A stretch of 64,000 nt of DNA, taken from contig JBAYVF010000005.1 of assembly GCA_041674705.1 (NCBI GenBank), positions 36,645 through 100,644 on the forward strand, in the 5' to 3' direction. A program made the translations under genes and the position numbers. How positions within the stretch are numbered: the first letter of the stretch is position 1; each line of letters begins with the position of its first letter. This stretch comes from Candidatus Omnitrophota bacterium (GTDB lineage: Bacteria; Omnitrophota; Omnitrophia; Omnitrophales; Aquincolibacteriaceae). Under the pieces are notes generated by a model. That model saw only the letters and a program-made list of their open reading frames with translations, was not told the origin of the DNA and did no database searches. Positions 37,191 through 45,460 of this stretch are shown here, piece by piece.

Positions 37191-38240
37191 TTACTTTTCG
37201 GAAGGGATGCCTAGCTTTGCTTCAAGCGCCGCGACTTTCTTTCTGAGAGCGCGGACATCGTCGAGGGTTTCTGCGGCGCGAAGCTGGGCGCCAAACTGTT
37301 TTCTCATTTCCGCGTAGGGCCTGGCGGGCTGGCCGAAATAGATCTGTTTTCCGGGGACTTTCTTGTTGGAAGGAAATCCCGCGCCGGCGCCGATCATGGC
37401 CCAATCGCCGATCTCCACGTGATCTCCAAGACCAACACTTCCGCCCATTGTCACGTGAGAACCTACCTTGCAGCTTCCGGAGATCCCGGTTTGCGCGGAA
37501 ATGACCGTATGCTGGCCGAGCACGACATTGTGGGCGATCTGGACGAGATTATCGATCTTGCAGCCTTTGCCGATGCGTGTGGAACCGATGGCTGCGCGGT
37601 CGATCGTGGAACAAGCGCCGATTTCCACGTCATCCTCGATCACGACATTCCCGATCTGGGGGAGCTTTTCGTGGGCGCCGGGGGTCGCGACATAGCCGAA
37701 GCCATCCGCGCCGATCACCGTGCCTGCATGGATCACAACGTTCATTCCTAATTCGCAATTCTCATAAAGGGTGACATTCGGATGAATCACGGAGTTCGCG
37801 CCGATCTTCGCGTTCTCGCCCACAAAAACATGCGAGCAAAGAACCGCACCGTCTCCGATCACGACATTCTCGCCGATCGTCACGAAGGATTCGACCGTGA
37901 CATTCTTGCCGAGTTTCGCGGTCTTGGCGATCGAGGCGTGCGGCGAGATTGTCCCAGGGAATTTCCGGGCAGGGAAGAGCTCCCGGAGGATCTGGGCCCA
38001 CGCCCGTTTGGGATATTCAACCTGGATCAGGACTTTGGAGGATTGAGCGATCTGTTTCGGGACGATCATGCAACTGATCTCGGAAGCTTCAAGGGCTTTA
38101 AAGCCTTTTTCATCCTGTACAAATGAGATATGACCCTTGAGGGGATTCTCGAAATTCGTGATTCCCTCGATCACAACTTTTCCGTCACCGATCAAAACGC
38201 CGCCCACCATTTTTGCGAAATCTTCAGCTGTTCTTTTCAT
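37191..38240 (-). CDS. lpxD: UDP-3-O-acylglucosamine N-acyltransferase
   Basis: LpxD N-terminal domain plus a long hexapeptide-repeat left-handed beta-helix region. Confidence 0.9.
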   Translation of the reverse strand: MKRTAEDFAKMVGGVLIGDGKVVIEGITNFENPLKGHISFVQDEKGFKALEASEISCMIVPKQIAQSSKVLIQVEYPKRAWAQILRELFPARKFPGTISPHASIAKTAKLGKNVTVESFVTIGENVVIGDGAVLCSHVFVGENAKIGANSVIHPNVTLYENCELGMNVVIHAGTVIGADGFGYVATPGAHEKLPQIGNVVIEDDVEIGACSTIDRAAIGSTRIGKGCKIDNLVQIAHNVVLGQHTVISAQTGISGSCKVGSHVTMGGSVGLGDHVEIGDWAMIGAGAGFPSNKKVPGKQIYFGQPARPYAEMRKQFGAQLRAAETLDDVRALRKKVAALEAKLGIPSEK

Positions 38241-38247
38241 AAGGCCT

Positions 38248-38928
38248 TTATTTTTTTGCCGCAGGAGATTCGGTTTGAGGAGGTTCTACTTCTTCAGGCA
38301 GGGGTTCTTCCTGCCGAGCTCCTTGAAGAGCAAGATAGTCTTTTAAGGCAGCGCGTTTATTGACATCGTTGGTCCAGGCTATGAACGCCATTTTTTGTTT
38401 CGTCGCGGCTTCTTCCTTCGCCTTCGGATCCGTCAGCTTATCGGCCCCGGCTGGTACGAAACTTGCGATCTGGAGGCGCAAAAGTTTTTGAATACGTATG
38501 AACTCCCTTAGTCCTTCCTCGAATTCACGAGGGGAGAGGTGAAGGGTGCGGGTGAGCCAGAGTTTGTATTGTTCGGTCGTTGGGCTAACCAGGCCTTGCT
38601 GTTTGAGGAGATTCGCTATCTCGCCACGGACTTCTTCATCCGCGATCTTGATGCCACGGCGTTTCGCCTCGCGGGCATAAATAATATTTTGCCAGGTGTA
38701 ATCACGCAGAAGCTGCGGTTCATCGATCGGTTTTTCAGCCGGCATGAAAAGCTGCGTGGCGCGGTAGAATTGATTGTATTCCTGGAAGGTGACAGCTTGA
38801 CCGAAGGCTTCGCCCGCGAACCGCCCTTCTTTCTTGAGAGCGCTCACCGAATAGCCGCCCCACAGGATGAAGGAACCCACGACGATCCAGATAATGACTT
38901 TAGTGTATTGCCGAAAAATCTTTAGCAT
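38248..38928 (-). CDS. SurA-N/PpiD-like periplasmic chaperone, membrane anchored
   Basis: [18 protein letters not shown].. N-terminal anchor typical of PpiD-like proteins. No parvulin domain seen. ATG 38928 preferred over 38955. Confidence 0.65.
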   Translation of the reverse strand: MLKIFRQYTKVIIWIVVGSFILWGGYSVSALKKEGRFAGEAFGQAVTFQEYNQFYRATQLFMPAEKPIDEPQLLRDYTWQNIIYAREAKRRGIKIADEEVRGEIANLLKQQGLVSPTTEQYKLWLTRTLHLSPREFEEGLREFIRIQKLLRLQIASFVPAGADKLTDPKAKEEAATKQKMAFIAWTNDVNKRAALKDYLALQGARQEEPLPEEVEPPQTESPAAKK

Positions 38929-39164
38929 AATGGGGCATAATGTAGCACAGAGCAAAAAATAGGGAAAGGGGAAAAGCCCTTTTAAGCCGGAGAGGCGGAG
39001 GGAGGCTGGTGGATGACGCCCGCCCCGTTTTTTTCACCATCCGCCTTCCGCCATTCTTCTTGAATTGCCGTCTCTTGGCATTCAGACGAAAAGTGAGTTC
39101 AAGATACGTTGCAGAGTGTGATTTATTTCTTGATGCTCCTATTCAAAGGAGATATCATTGCCGC

Positions 39165-39635
39165 ATGAGCGAAAAAGGAGTGGGTCTGATTGAGATCGTG
39201 GTGAGCATGATCCTCCTGGCGGTTTGTGTCCTGGCGGCGACGGCAACGATTTCCATGGTGAGCGGCAAAGAGCATAGAAGTGCCGGTGGCAGCAGTCTGG
39301 ATCTTCAAGCCCTGAGCTTTGCGAGAGAAACGGTCGAGCAATTGAAAAATGCTGTGAGTACGAACTCGACGACCGCGTTAAAATTAAGTGATAATAGTTA
39401 TACAGCTCCATGCGCCACGGCGATAGGGGTTCCCTGCGGAGCTGGACAGGTACACTCCACCGAAGGGCTCCCCTTGACAGGACTTCCTGCGGGGAGTGAT
39501 CTTCTGACCAAAGTGAGCGGTACCAGCACCCGCACTTATAAGGTCTGGGACATTTCCAGTGGGACCAACACTGTGGGAACTGATGTGGCCTACAAAAAAG
39601 TGACTGTGACTGTGGCATGGACCGATCCCGCTTGA
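39165..39635 (+). CDS. Prepilin-type N-terminal domain protein (minor pilin, PilV-like position)
   Basis: MSEKG|VGLIEIVVSMILLAV: short leader, Gly -1, Glu +5, hydrophobic helix. The ORF-track start 39009 is rejected. Confidence 0.75.
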   Translation: MSEKGVGLIEIVVSMILLAVCVLAATATISMVSGKEHRSAGGSSLDLQALSFARETVEQLKNAVSTNSTTALKLSDNSYTAPCATAIGVPCGAGQVHSTEGLPLTGLPAGSDLLTKVSGTSTRTYKVWDISSGTNTVGTDVAYKKVTVTVAWTDPA

Positions 39636-39640
39636 AAAAC

Positions 39641-40216
39641 ATGGAAAGAGGGTTTACCCTTCTCGAACTTATTATTGCTGTAGCTCTCGCTGTCATTATC
39701 CTGCTTTCCGCTTCCACTCTTTTGATCCATTTCGGGAAATTTTCAGTGAATGTCGTCAAGAACGAAGCCTCTCTTATGGGGACGGCACTCGGTGCTTTCG
39801 AAGAAATAACCGGTAAGATCACGGAAGCCAATGAGGTAGCCATCAATAAAGCCAGCCCCGATGTTATACTCAATTCCATTGCCTATCCTGCGGGTTGCTT
39901 AGCCAATGGTAGTTGTATTCAAATAAGAGTCAGTCCCACGGGCTCAGGAGCTTCTTCCGATCATTCACTCGATACGGTCTACACTTATTGGCAGTCCGCA
40001 ACTCGATTATTTAAATCCGTAGGTGCGGCGGCGGGGACCGCGATCGCGGAAAATCTTCTTGCCAATTCTTTGTCCTTTGTCAGGGATGCGACCAACAGGA
40101 ATCACATCAAAGTTACTTTGAAGGCTGAGACGACGGGGGGGCACATTGCCGGCGTGACAAAGGAGCATTTGGAAACTACAGCCATCATGCGGTCAAGGAG
40201 CGCAAATTTAACATGA
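39641..40216 (+). CDS. Prepilin-type N-terminal domain protein (minor pilin, PilW-like position)
   Basis: MERG|FTLLELIIAVALAVIIL is a canonical class III signal. Confidence 0.8.
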   Translation: MERGFTLLELIIAVALAVIILLSASTLLIHFGKFSVNVVKNEASLMGTALGAFEEITGKITEANEVAINKASPDVILNSIAYPAGCLANGSCIQIRVSPTGSGASSDHSLDTVYTYWQSATRLFKSVGAAAGTAIAENLLANSLSFVRDATNRNHIKVTLKAETTGGHIAGVTKEHLETTAIMRSRSANLT

Positions 40217-40542
40217 AAAGAGGATTCGCATTGATCACGGTTTTGGCGGTTTTGATGCTGATCGCGTTGGGCACTGCGACCATCCTTCAATCGGTGGGAA
40301 CTCACACTAGCCTGAAGGCAAAAAACGTCCAGGAGGTCAAGGCCCAGGACCTTGCCGAAGCCGGCATGCAACATGCCTTGCAGATATGCAGAAAAAACAA
40401 CGGGGACTGTTCTTTAGCGAACATCACTCTCCTGAAAGCGGACACGCTCCTGGAACAAGACATTAAAATCACAACGGTTCCGGCAACTTCCGGGGCAGCA
40501 TCCTACACGATCAAAGTAGAAGTCAACTATCCTGATGTTTGA
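40213..40542 (+). CDS. PilX/GspK-like pseudopilin (no Glu +5)
   Basis: MKRG|FALITVLAVLMLIALG N-terminus. Start overlaps the upstream stop. Confidence 0.7.
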   Translation: MKRGFALITVLAVLMLIALGTATILQSVGTHTSLKAKNVQEVKAQDLAEAGMQHALQICRKNNGDCSLANITLLKADTLLEQDIKITTVPATSGAASYTIKVEVNYPDV

Positions 40543-40589
40543 AATGGCAGAGTCCCGCAAGGGAATGCCCTAAGGAGGGGAATGTGATC

Positions 40590-41000
40590 ATGAAAAAAGG
40601 GTTCACGCTGGCTGAGCTTTTAGTAACGATCGTGATCTTGTCCGTTCTTGCGGCGATCGCGATTCCCGGATTTTCCAAGTCAAGGGACAAAGCCGCGGCA
40701 GCTCAGGCGGTTGCCTATCTCCGGACCCTCAGAGTCGGCGAAAAAATGTATTATGCCAAGAATGCGATTTATGTGGGTTGCGCCAATGCCACAGCCGTCA
40801 AGACCAATCTCGGGGTTGAGGTGACAGAAGAGAATTACAAATTTAATGTGTTGGCCCCCACCAATTCAACTTTTTTTGCAAGAGCACGCAAGGGCACGGC
40901 TCCTACCGATTGCACTTCCACCGATGTGATTTGCGTCGATCAGACTGGAAATTGGTCCGGGACTTCGACTTACGTGAATTTCACAAAGCTCAACAGCTGA
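40590..41000 (+). CDS. Type IV pilin-like protein (PilA/PilE-like)
   Basis: MKKG|FTLAELLVTIVILSVLAAIAIPGF. AAGGAGGGG RBS at 40572-40580. The ORF-track start 40539 is rejected. Confidence 0.82.
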   Translation: MKKGFTLAELLVTIVILSVLAAIAIPGFSKSRDKAAAAQAVAYLRTLRVGEKMYYAKNAIYVGCANATAVKTNLGVEVTEENYKFNVLAPTNSTFFARARKGTAPTDCTSTDVICVDQTGNWSGTSTYVNFTKLNS

Positions 41001-41044
41001 TCGTGCGTGTTTTTTAAATCACAAACCATATCCTGAGGTGAAAC

Positions 41045-42343
41045 ATGGTTTACAAAAATATTTTAGGGATTGTTTCCATTTCAATTTTCATGGTTGCCTC
41101 CATCGCGTATGCCGGCAAAGTGGAACTCACCACTTACTATCCCGCGCCGTATGGGGAGTATAAGGAACTAAGAACCACAGAAAATGCTTATTTTGGGACG
41201 GACGCCCCGACCGCTAAAAGACCTAGCCAAAATACAGACTGGACGATGGCTAGATTTGTCGGTATTGGAACGACGACCCCGAATGAAGCCCACTACAAAG
41301 GGAACGGCCTGACCGTCCAAACGATTGGTAACCCTTCTTACCTGGAACTCTATCGAGACGATAGCTTTGTTGCTTCGGGTGCTGGCGATGGGGGCGTGGG
41401 GTGGGACTCTCTCGTTGGCGCGTGGCGGGCCGGGCATCGTACTAACTCTGCTATCGCCGGGATCGACTTTCTGACCGGCGCGACAGAGAAGTCTGGCGCG
41501 ATCGTATTCAGAGTCTATAAAAGAACATCCGCCACTACTTCGTATCTTAGCGATTCTGTAAATGAAGCCATGCGTATCGATGACTATGGGAACGTCGGCA
41601 TCGGGACGGATGATCCAATTGCCATGCTTAATGTCGCTGGAGTTACGGCATTACAATCAGGAGACTCAAACGGCGCTTTGCAAATTGGCGCCGATGTGCT
41701 GGCGACAACGCTTACGGCTAATGTCAGAAAATTGGGGAGAGTTACCTCTCCCTCCTATAGCAAGAATTATTACTATTCATTGTTGTCCGCGGATAGTGAT
41801 GTCGGTGGCGACGGGGTTGAATTTGGAGGCCGGGCAGGAGCGCTTAACCCGTCTCCCACTTATATTACTTTTGCCACTACATCTGTAAGAGGAGATCAAA
41901 CTAAAAATGCAGAACGTATGAGAATTGATACTAATGGCAATGTCGGCATCGGGGTGGCTCCGTCGTCGACGTATAAGTTAGATGTTGCCGGAACGCTACA
42001 CAGCACTACGGTTCCCTGGACTTCTTCGGATAGTCGCTTCAAAAAGGAAGTGACTCCGCTTACGGGGGCACTGGCAACGGTTGAGCGTTTGCAGGGCGTC
42101 AATTTTGAGTGGAGAGTTGAGGATTTTCCAAGTCGCGGGTTTGAGAAGGGAAAGCAAATCGGGTTAATTGCCCAAGATGTTGAAAAAGTCGTGCCGGAAA
42201 TGGTTAGCACGGACAAGAGCCCCGAAGGGTATAAATCTTTGGCTTATGAGAAAGCTATTCCCATCTTGATTGAAGCCGTTAAGGAACAGCAGCAGCAAAT
42301 CGATTTATTGAAAAAGGAAATTGCGGAACTGAAAAAGGGTTAG
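41045..42343 (+). CDS. Secreted tail-fibre-like protein with C-terminal intramolecular-chaperone (Peptidase S74) domain
   Basis: Signal peptide ..MVASIAYA|GK. The C-terminal 106 aa (nt 42023-42340) carry SSDSRFKKEV, LQGVNFEW, GLIAQDVEKVVPEMV and a terminal coiled coil, all hallmarks of the endosialidase/tail-spike chaperone domain. Confidence 0.8.
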   Translation: MVYKNILGIVSISIFMVASIAYAGKVELTTYYPAPYGEYKELRTTENAYFGTDAPTAKRPSQNTDWTMARFVGIGTTTPNEAHYKGNGLTVQTIGNPSYLELYRDDSFVASGAGDGGVGWDSLVGAWRAGHRTNSAIAGIDFLTGATEKSGAIVFRVYKRTSATTSYLSDSVNEAMRIDDYGNVGIGTDDPIAMLNVAGVTALQSGDSNGALQIGADVLATTLTANVRKLGRVTSPSYSKNYYYSLLSADSDVGGDGVEFGGRAGALNPSPTYITFATTSVRGDQTKNAERMRIDTNGNVGIGVAPSSTYKLDVAGTLHSTTVPWTSSDSRFKKEVTPLTGALATVERLQGVNFEWRVEDFPSRGFEKGKQIGLIAQDVEKVVPEMVSTDKSPEGYKSLAYEKAIPILIEAVKEQQQQIDLLKKEIAELKKG

Positions 42344-42383
42344 GGCGATTCGGAGTTTCTCTGAGACCCGGAGTTGCCCGTAA

Positions 42384-42421
42384 CGGGGAAGGCACCTCAT
42401 GGAAGCCTTCCCCGTTTTTTT
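42384..42421 (+). terminator. Rho-independent terminator after the tail-fibre-like gene
   Basis: 10-bp stem cggggaaggc / gccttccccg, 11-nt loop, then ttttttt. Confidence 0.8.
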
Positions 42422-42436
42422 GTTCTTTTGAGTTTA

Positions 42437-42465
42437 TTGACATTCCCGAAATGCTTTTGTATGAT
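42437..42465 (+). promoter_or_regulatory. Sigma-70-type promoter (TTGACA-N17-TATGAT)
   Basis: TTGACA 42437-42442, 17-nt spacer, TATGAT 42460-42465. Confidence 0.6.
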
Positions 42466-42471
42466 ACCGCA

Positions 42472-42553
42472 AATGGGACACCTATCAGTTCAACTTACCC
42501 GTATTTTTAAGGCACAAAACGACGCGAAGCGCGTTCGTCTTTGTGCTTTTTTT
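42472..42553 (+). ncRNA. Candidate ~80-nt small RNA or terminator-type leader upstream of guaB3
   Basis: Lies between the near-consensus promoter and a strong hairpin (gcacaaaacgacgcg / cgcgttcgtctttgtgc, 42512-42546) plus a T-run (42547-42553). The guaB3 RBS TAAGGAG follows. Confidence 0.4.
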
Positions 42554-42586
42554 ATTTTCAACACCTTCCAGTAAGGAGAAATCACT

Positions 42587-43747
42587 ATGTCAGTTTTCAT
42601 TGGAAAAGATCGCAAGGCACGCAGGGCCTATGGTTTTGACGAGATCGCTTTGGTGCCCGGCGATGTGACCATCAACCCGGATGAAGTGGATATCAAGATG
42701 CCCTTGGGGGACATGACCCTCGATATTCCTTTTCTGGCCTCTGCCATGGACGGCGTCGTGGACCCGAAGTTCGCCATCGCCATGGGAAAGCTCGGCGGCC
42801 TTGCCGTGCTAAATCTCGAAGGGATCTATACCCGCTACGACGACTATGAATCGATCCTCGAGGAGATCGCCAAAGCGACGCCGGAAAAGGCGACCCAACT
42901 CGTTCAAAAACTTTATGTCAAACCGATCAACGAAAAGCTGATCGTCAAACGTATCCGGGAGATCAAAAAGGCGAAGGTCCTTTGCGCCGTGAGCGCGATC
43001 CCTCAGCGTGCCGAACGGTTCGGGAAGATCGCCGAAGAAGCCGGCGCGGATATTTTTGTGGTTCAGTCGACGGTCACTTCGGTGAAGCACATCTCGAAAG
43101 CTTATCAAGTGGTTGATTTTTCCAAGTTTTGTAAAAAAATGAAGATCCCGGTCATCTTGGGGAACTGCGTGACTTACAAAGTCGCTCTGGAGCTCGCGGA
43201 AACCGGTTGCGCGGGGCTTCTGATCGGCATCGGGCCCGGGTCGGCCTGCACGAGCCGAGGTGTTTTGGGGATCGGAGTTCCGCAGGTGACCGCGATCGCG
43301 GATTGTGCTGCTGCACGGGAGTTCTACCGAAAGAAAACCGGTAAATACGTTTCGATCATCGCGGACGGCGGCATGTCTACCGGCGGCGATATTTGCAAAT
43401 CCATCGCCTCCGGCGCGGATGGCGTGATGGTTGGTTCCGCGTTCGCGCGGACCAAAGAAGCGCCCGGCCGCGGGTTCCATTGGGGCATGGCCACGCCGCA
43501 CGCGAACCTGCCGCGAGGCACGAGAATTCATGTCGGGACGACCGGGACTTTGGAAGAGATCCTTCTGGGTCCCGCGCATCTGGATGACGGAACGCAGAAT
43601 CTGGTCGGCGCCCTTCGCACTTCCATGGGGAATCTCGGTGCCGCCAACATCCGTGAGATGCAGATGACCGAGATCGTGATCGCTCCAGCCATCAAGACGG
43701 AAGGCAAACTATTTCAAACCGCGCAAAAACTGGGAATGTGCAAATAG
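42587..43747 (+). CDS. GuaB3-type IMP dehydrogenase-related protein (no CBS pair)
   Basis: IMPDH/GMPR TIM-barrel sequence (YGFDEIALVPG.., ..GIGPGSACTSR..) of ~386 aa without a CBS insertion. Confidence 0.8.
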   Translation: MSVFIGKDRKARRAYGFDEIALVPGDVTINPDEVDIKMPLGDMTLDIPFLASAMDGVVDPKFAIAMGKLGGLAVLNLEGIYTRYDDYESILEEIAKATPEKATQLVQKLYVKPINEKLIVKRIREIKKAKVLCAVSAIPQRAERFGKIAEEAGADIFVVQSTVTSVKHISKAYQVVDFSKFCKKMKIPVILGNCVTYKVALELAETGCAGLLIGIGPGSACTSRGVLGIGVPQVTAIADCAAAREFYRKKTGKYVSIIADGGMSTGGDICKSIASGADGVMVGSAFARTKEAPGRGFHWGMATPHANLPRGTRIHVGTTGTLEEILLGPAHLDDGTQNLVGALRTSMGNLGAANIREMQMTEIVIAPAIKTEGKLFQTAQKLGMCK

Positions 43748-43753
43748 CGTAAC

Positions 43754-43809
43754 GAGTACGGCGCAAGGCGTACGGCGTTTTATTTCGCCGTACTCCGTAC
43801 GCCGTACAC
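43754..43809. repeat. GTACGGCG-word hairpin, copy 2 (guaB3-guaA spacer)
   Basis: Arms 43754-43777 / 43786-43809 are complementary at 20/24 positions. 8-nt loop ttttattt. Confidence 0.8.
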
Positions 43810-43822
43810 AGGACTCAAAAGC

Positions 43823-45364
43823 ATGGAAGAAAACATCGTCGTTCTGGATTTTGGATCGCAGTACACGCAGCTAATTGCTCGCCGTGTCCGTGAGAATAAG
43901 GTCTTCTCAAAAGTCCTTCCGTTCAATGCGCCGCTTGAAAAGGTGCTTGCTGAAAAGCCCACAGGCATCATCCTTTCCGGGTCGCCCGCCAATGTGTACG
44001 CCAAGGGTTCTCCGATCCCGGATGAACGGCTTTTGCTTTGCGGGGTCCCCATTCTCGGCATTTGTTACGGGATGCAGGTGACGGCGCACCTCTTTGGCGG
44101 TCGCGTTCACAAATCCAATAAACGCGAATATGGATTCTCCGAACTCCAAATCGACAAACTCCAAAGCCCTCTTTTTAAGGGACTCCCGAAACGACTGACC
44201 TGTTGGATGAGCCATGGGGATAAACTCGAGCGTCTTCCCAAAGGATTTGAACGCCTTGCGCATACGGAAAACGCCCCGTTTGCGGCGATGGGCGATGCCA
44301 AGCGAAAGATCTATTGCATCCAGTTCCATGCCGAAGTCGCGCACACCCCGCTTGGTTCCAAGATCCTCAAGAATTTCCTTTCCCGCATTTGCGGTTGCCG
44401 GATGACCTGGACGCCGGAATCCTTTATTACCGAAAGTATCCGGCATATCCGCCGGCAGGTGGGCAAAGACCGCGTGGTGCTTGGACTTTCCGGAGGCGTC
44501 GATTCCTCGGTCGCGGCAGTACTCCTTCACAAGGCAATCGGTAAAAAACTCAACTGCATTTTTGTGGATAACGGACTCCTCAGGCTTGGCGAAGCGGAGA
44601 AAGTCGAAAAGACTTTTCGCGGCCATTTCAAAATGAATCTCAAGGTCGTCGATGCCGAAAAAATTTTTCTGGACCGGTTGAAAGAAGTGATCGATCCTGA
44701 AAAAAAACGCAAGATCATCGGCAAGGCTTTTATCGATGTATTCACCACTGAGGCAAAAAAACTCGGGAAAGTTCCGTTCCTCGCGCAGGGGACGCTTTAT
44801 CCGGACGTGATCGAATCGGTCTCTTATCACGGCGGACCCACGAGTGTTATCAAGAGCCATCATAATGTCGGCGGTCTTCCGAAGGATATGAAATTCAAGT
44901 TGGTTGAACCCCTGAAGGAACTTTTTAAAGACGAGGTCCGTGCGGTCGGGCGTGCGCTCGGGATCGATAAGGATATTGTCGGGCGTCAGCCTTTTCCGGG
45001 GCCGGGACTTGCGGTGCGTATTCTGGGCGAGGTCCGCAAGGATCGCTGCGAGCTTCTTCGGAAAGCCGACTGGATCGTGATCGATGAAATTAAAAAGGCC
45101 GGTTATTATGACAAGGTGTGGCAATCTTTTGCCGTGCTGCTTCCGATCCAGAGCGTCGGGGTGATGGGGGATGAACGCACGTATGAGAACGCCGTGGCAG
45201 TGCGCGCCGTGACCTCCCAGGATGGTATGACCGCAGACTGGGCGAAACTCCCTCCGGAACTTTTGGGCCGGATCTCCAACCGTATTATCAACGAAGTGCG
45301 CGGCATCAACCGCGTTTGTTACGATATTTCCTCGAAGCCTCCGGCCACGATCGAGTGGGAATAA
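43823..45364 (+). CDS. guaA: GMP synthase (glutamine-hydrolysing)
   Basis: GATase-1 domain, [10 protein letters not shown]-loop, conserved C-terminal ..ATIEWE. Confidence 0.95.
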   Translation: MEENIVVLDFGSQYTQLIARRVRENKVFSKVLPFNAPLEKVLAEKPTGIILSGSPANVYAKGSPIPDERLLLCGVPILGICYGMQVTAHLFGGRVHKSNKREYGFSELQIDKLQSPLFKGLPKRLTCWMSHGDKLERLPKGFERLAHTENAPFAAMGDAKRKIYCIQFHAEVAHTPLGSKILKNFLSRICGCRMTWTPESFITESIRHIRRQVGKDRVVLGLSGGVDSSVAAVLLHKAIGKKLNCIFVDNGLLRLGEAEKVEKTFRGHFKMNLKVVDAEKIFLDRLKEVIDPEKKRKIIGKAFIDVFTTEAKKLGKVPFLAQGTLYPDVIESVSYHGGPTSVIKSHHNVGGLPKDMKFKLVEPLKELFKDEVRAVGRALGIDKDIVGRQPFPGPGLAVRILGEVRKDRCELLRKADWIVIDEIKKAGYYDKVWQSFAVLLPIQSVGVMGDERTYENAVAVRAVTSQDGMTADWAKLPPELLGRISNRIINEVRGINRVCYDISSKPPATIEWE

Positions 45365-45371
45365 CACCAGT

Positions 45372-45457
45372 GCGGCGTACGGAGTATCGCGTACGGCGTA
45401 AAAGCACAAAATGATTTTAAAGTTCAACGCGAGACGCCGTACTCCGTACGCCGTACG
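45372..45457. repeat. GTACGGCG-word hairpin, copy 3 (guaA-dnaE spacer)
   Basis: Arms 45372-45398 / 45435-45457 are ~19/23 complementary. 36-nt loop. The 22-mer cgccgtactccgtacgccgtac is identical at 43786-43807 and 45435-45456. Confidence 0.8.
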
Positions 45458-45460
45458 AAA

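Noticed and set aside
39009-39164. N-terminal extensions proposed by the ORF track. These are the starts at 39009, 39617, 40539, 22990, 23491, 25345, 28264, 29732, 49362, 50449, 54783 and 58579.
   Set aside because: In each case an internal ATG/GTG with a Shine-Dalgarno-like sequence gives the family-typical N-terminus (prepilin leader, receiver domain, LspA, UbiD, MtaB, RpoD, PyrR). The extension overlaps the upstream gene, a hairpin or a terminator.
38956-39164. Sigma-54 promoter upstream of the pilin cluster (TGGCAT at ~39076).
   Set aside because: There is no TTGC -12 element at the required spacing, so the match to the GG-N10-GC consensus fails.
41045-42343. Prophage or phage remnant, because of the tail-fibre chaperone (S74) domain.
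   Set aside because: No capsid, terminase, integrase, baseplate or lysis genes are nearby. The gene follows pilin genes in the same orientation and has a Sec signal peptide, so it is treated as a cellular surface protein.
42374-42574. 66-aa ORF between the tail-fibre-like gene and guaB3.
   Set aside because: It runs through a terminator, a promoter and a second terminator. There is no RBS, and the sequence is hydrophobic junk-like.
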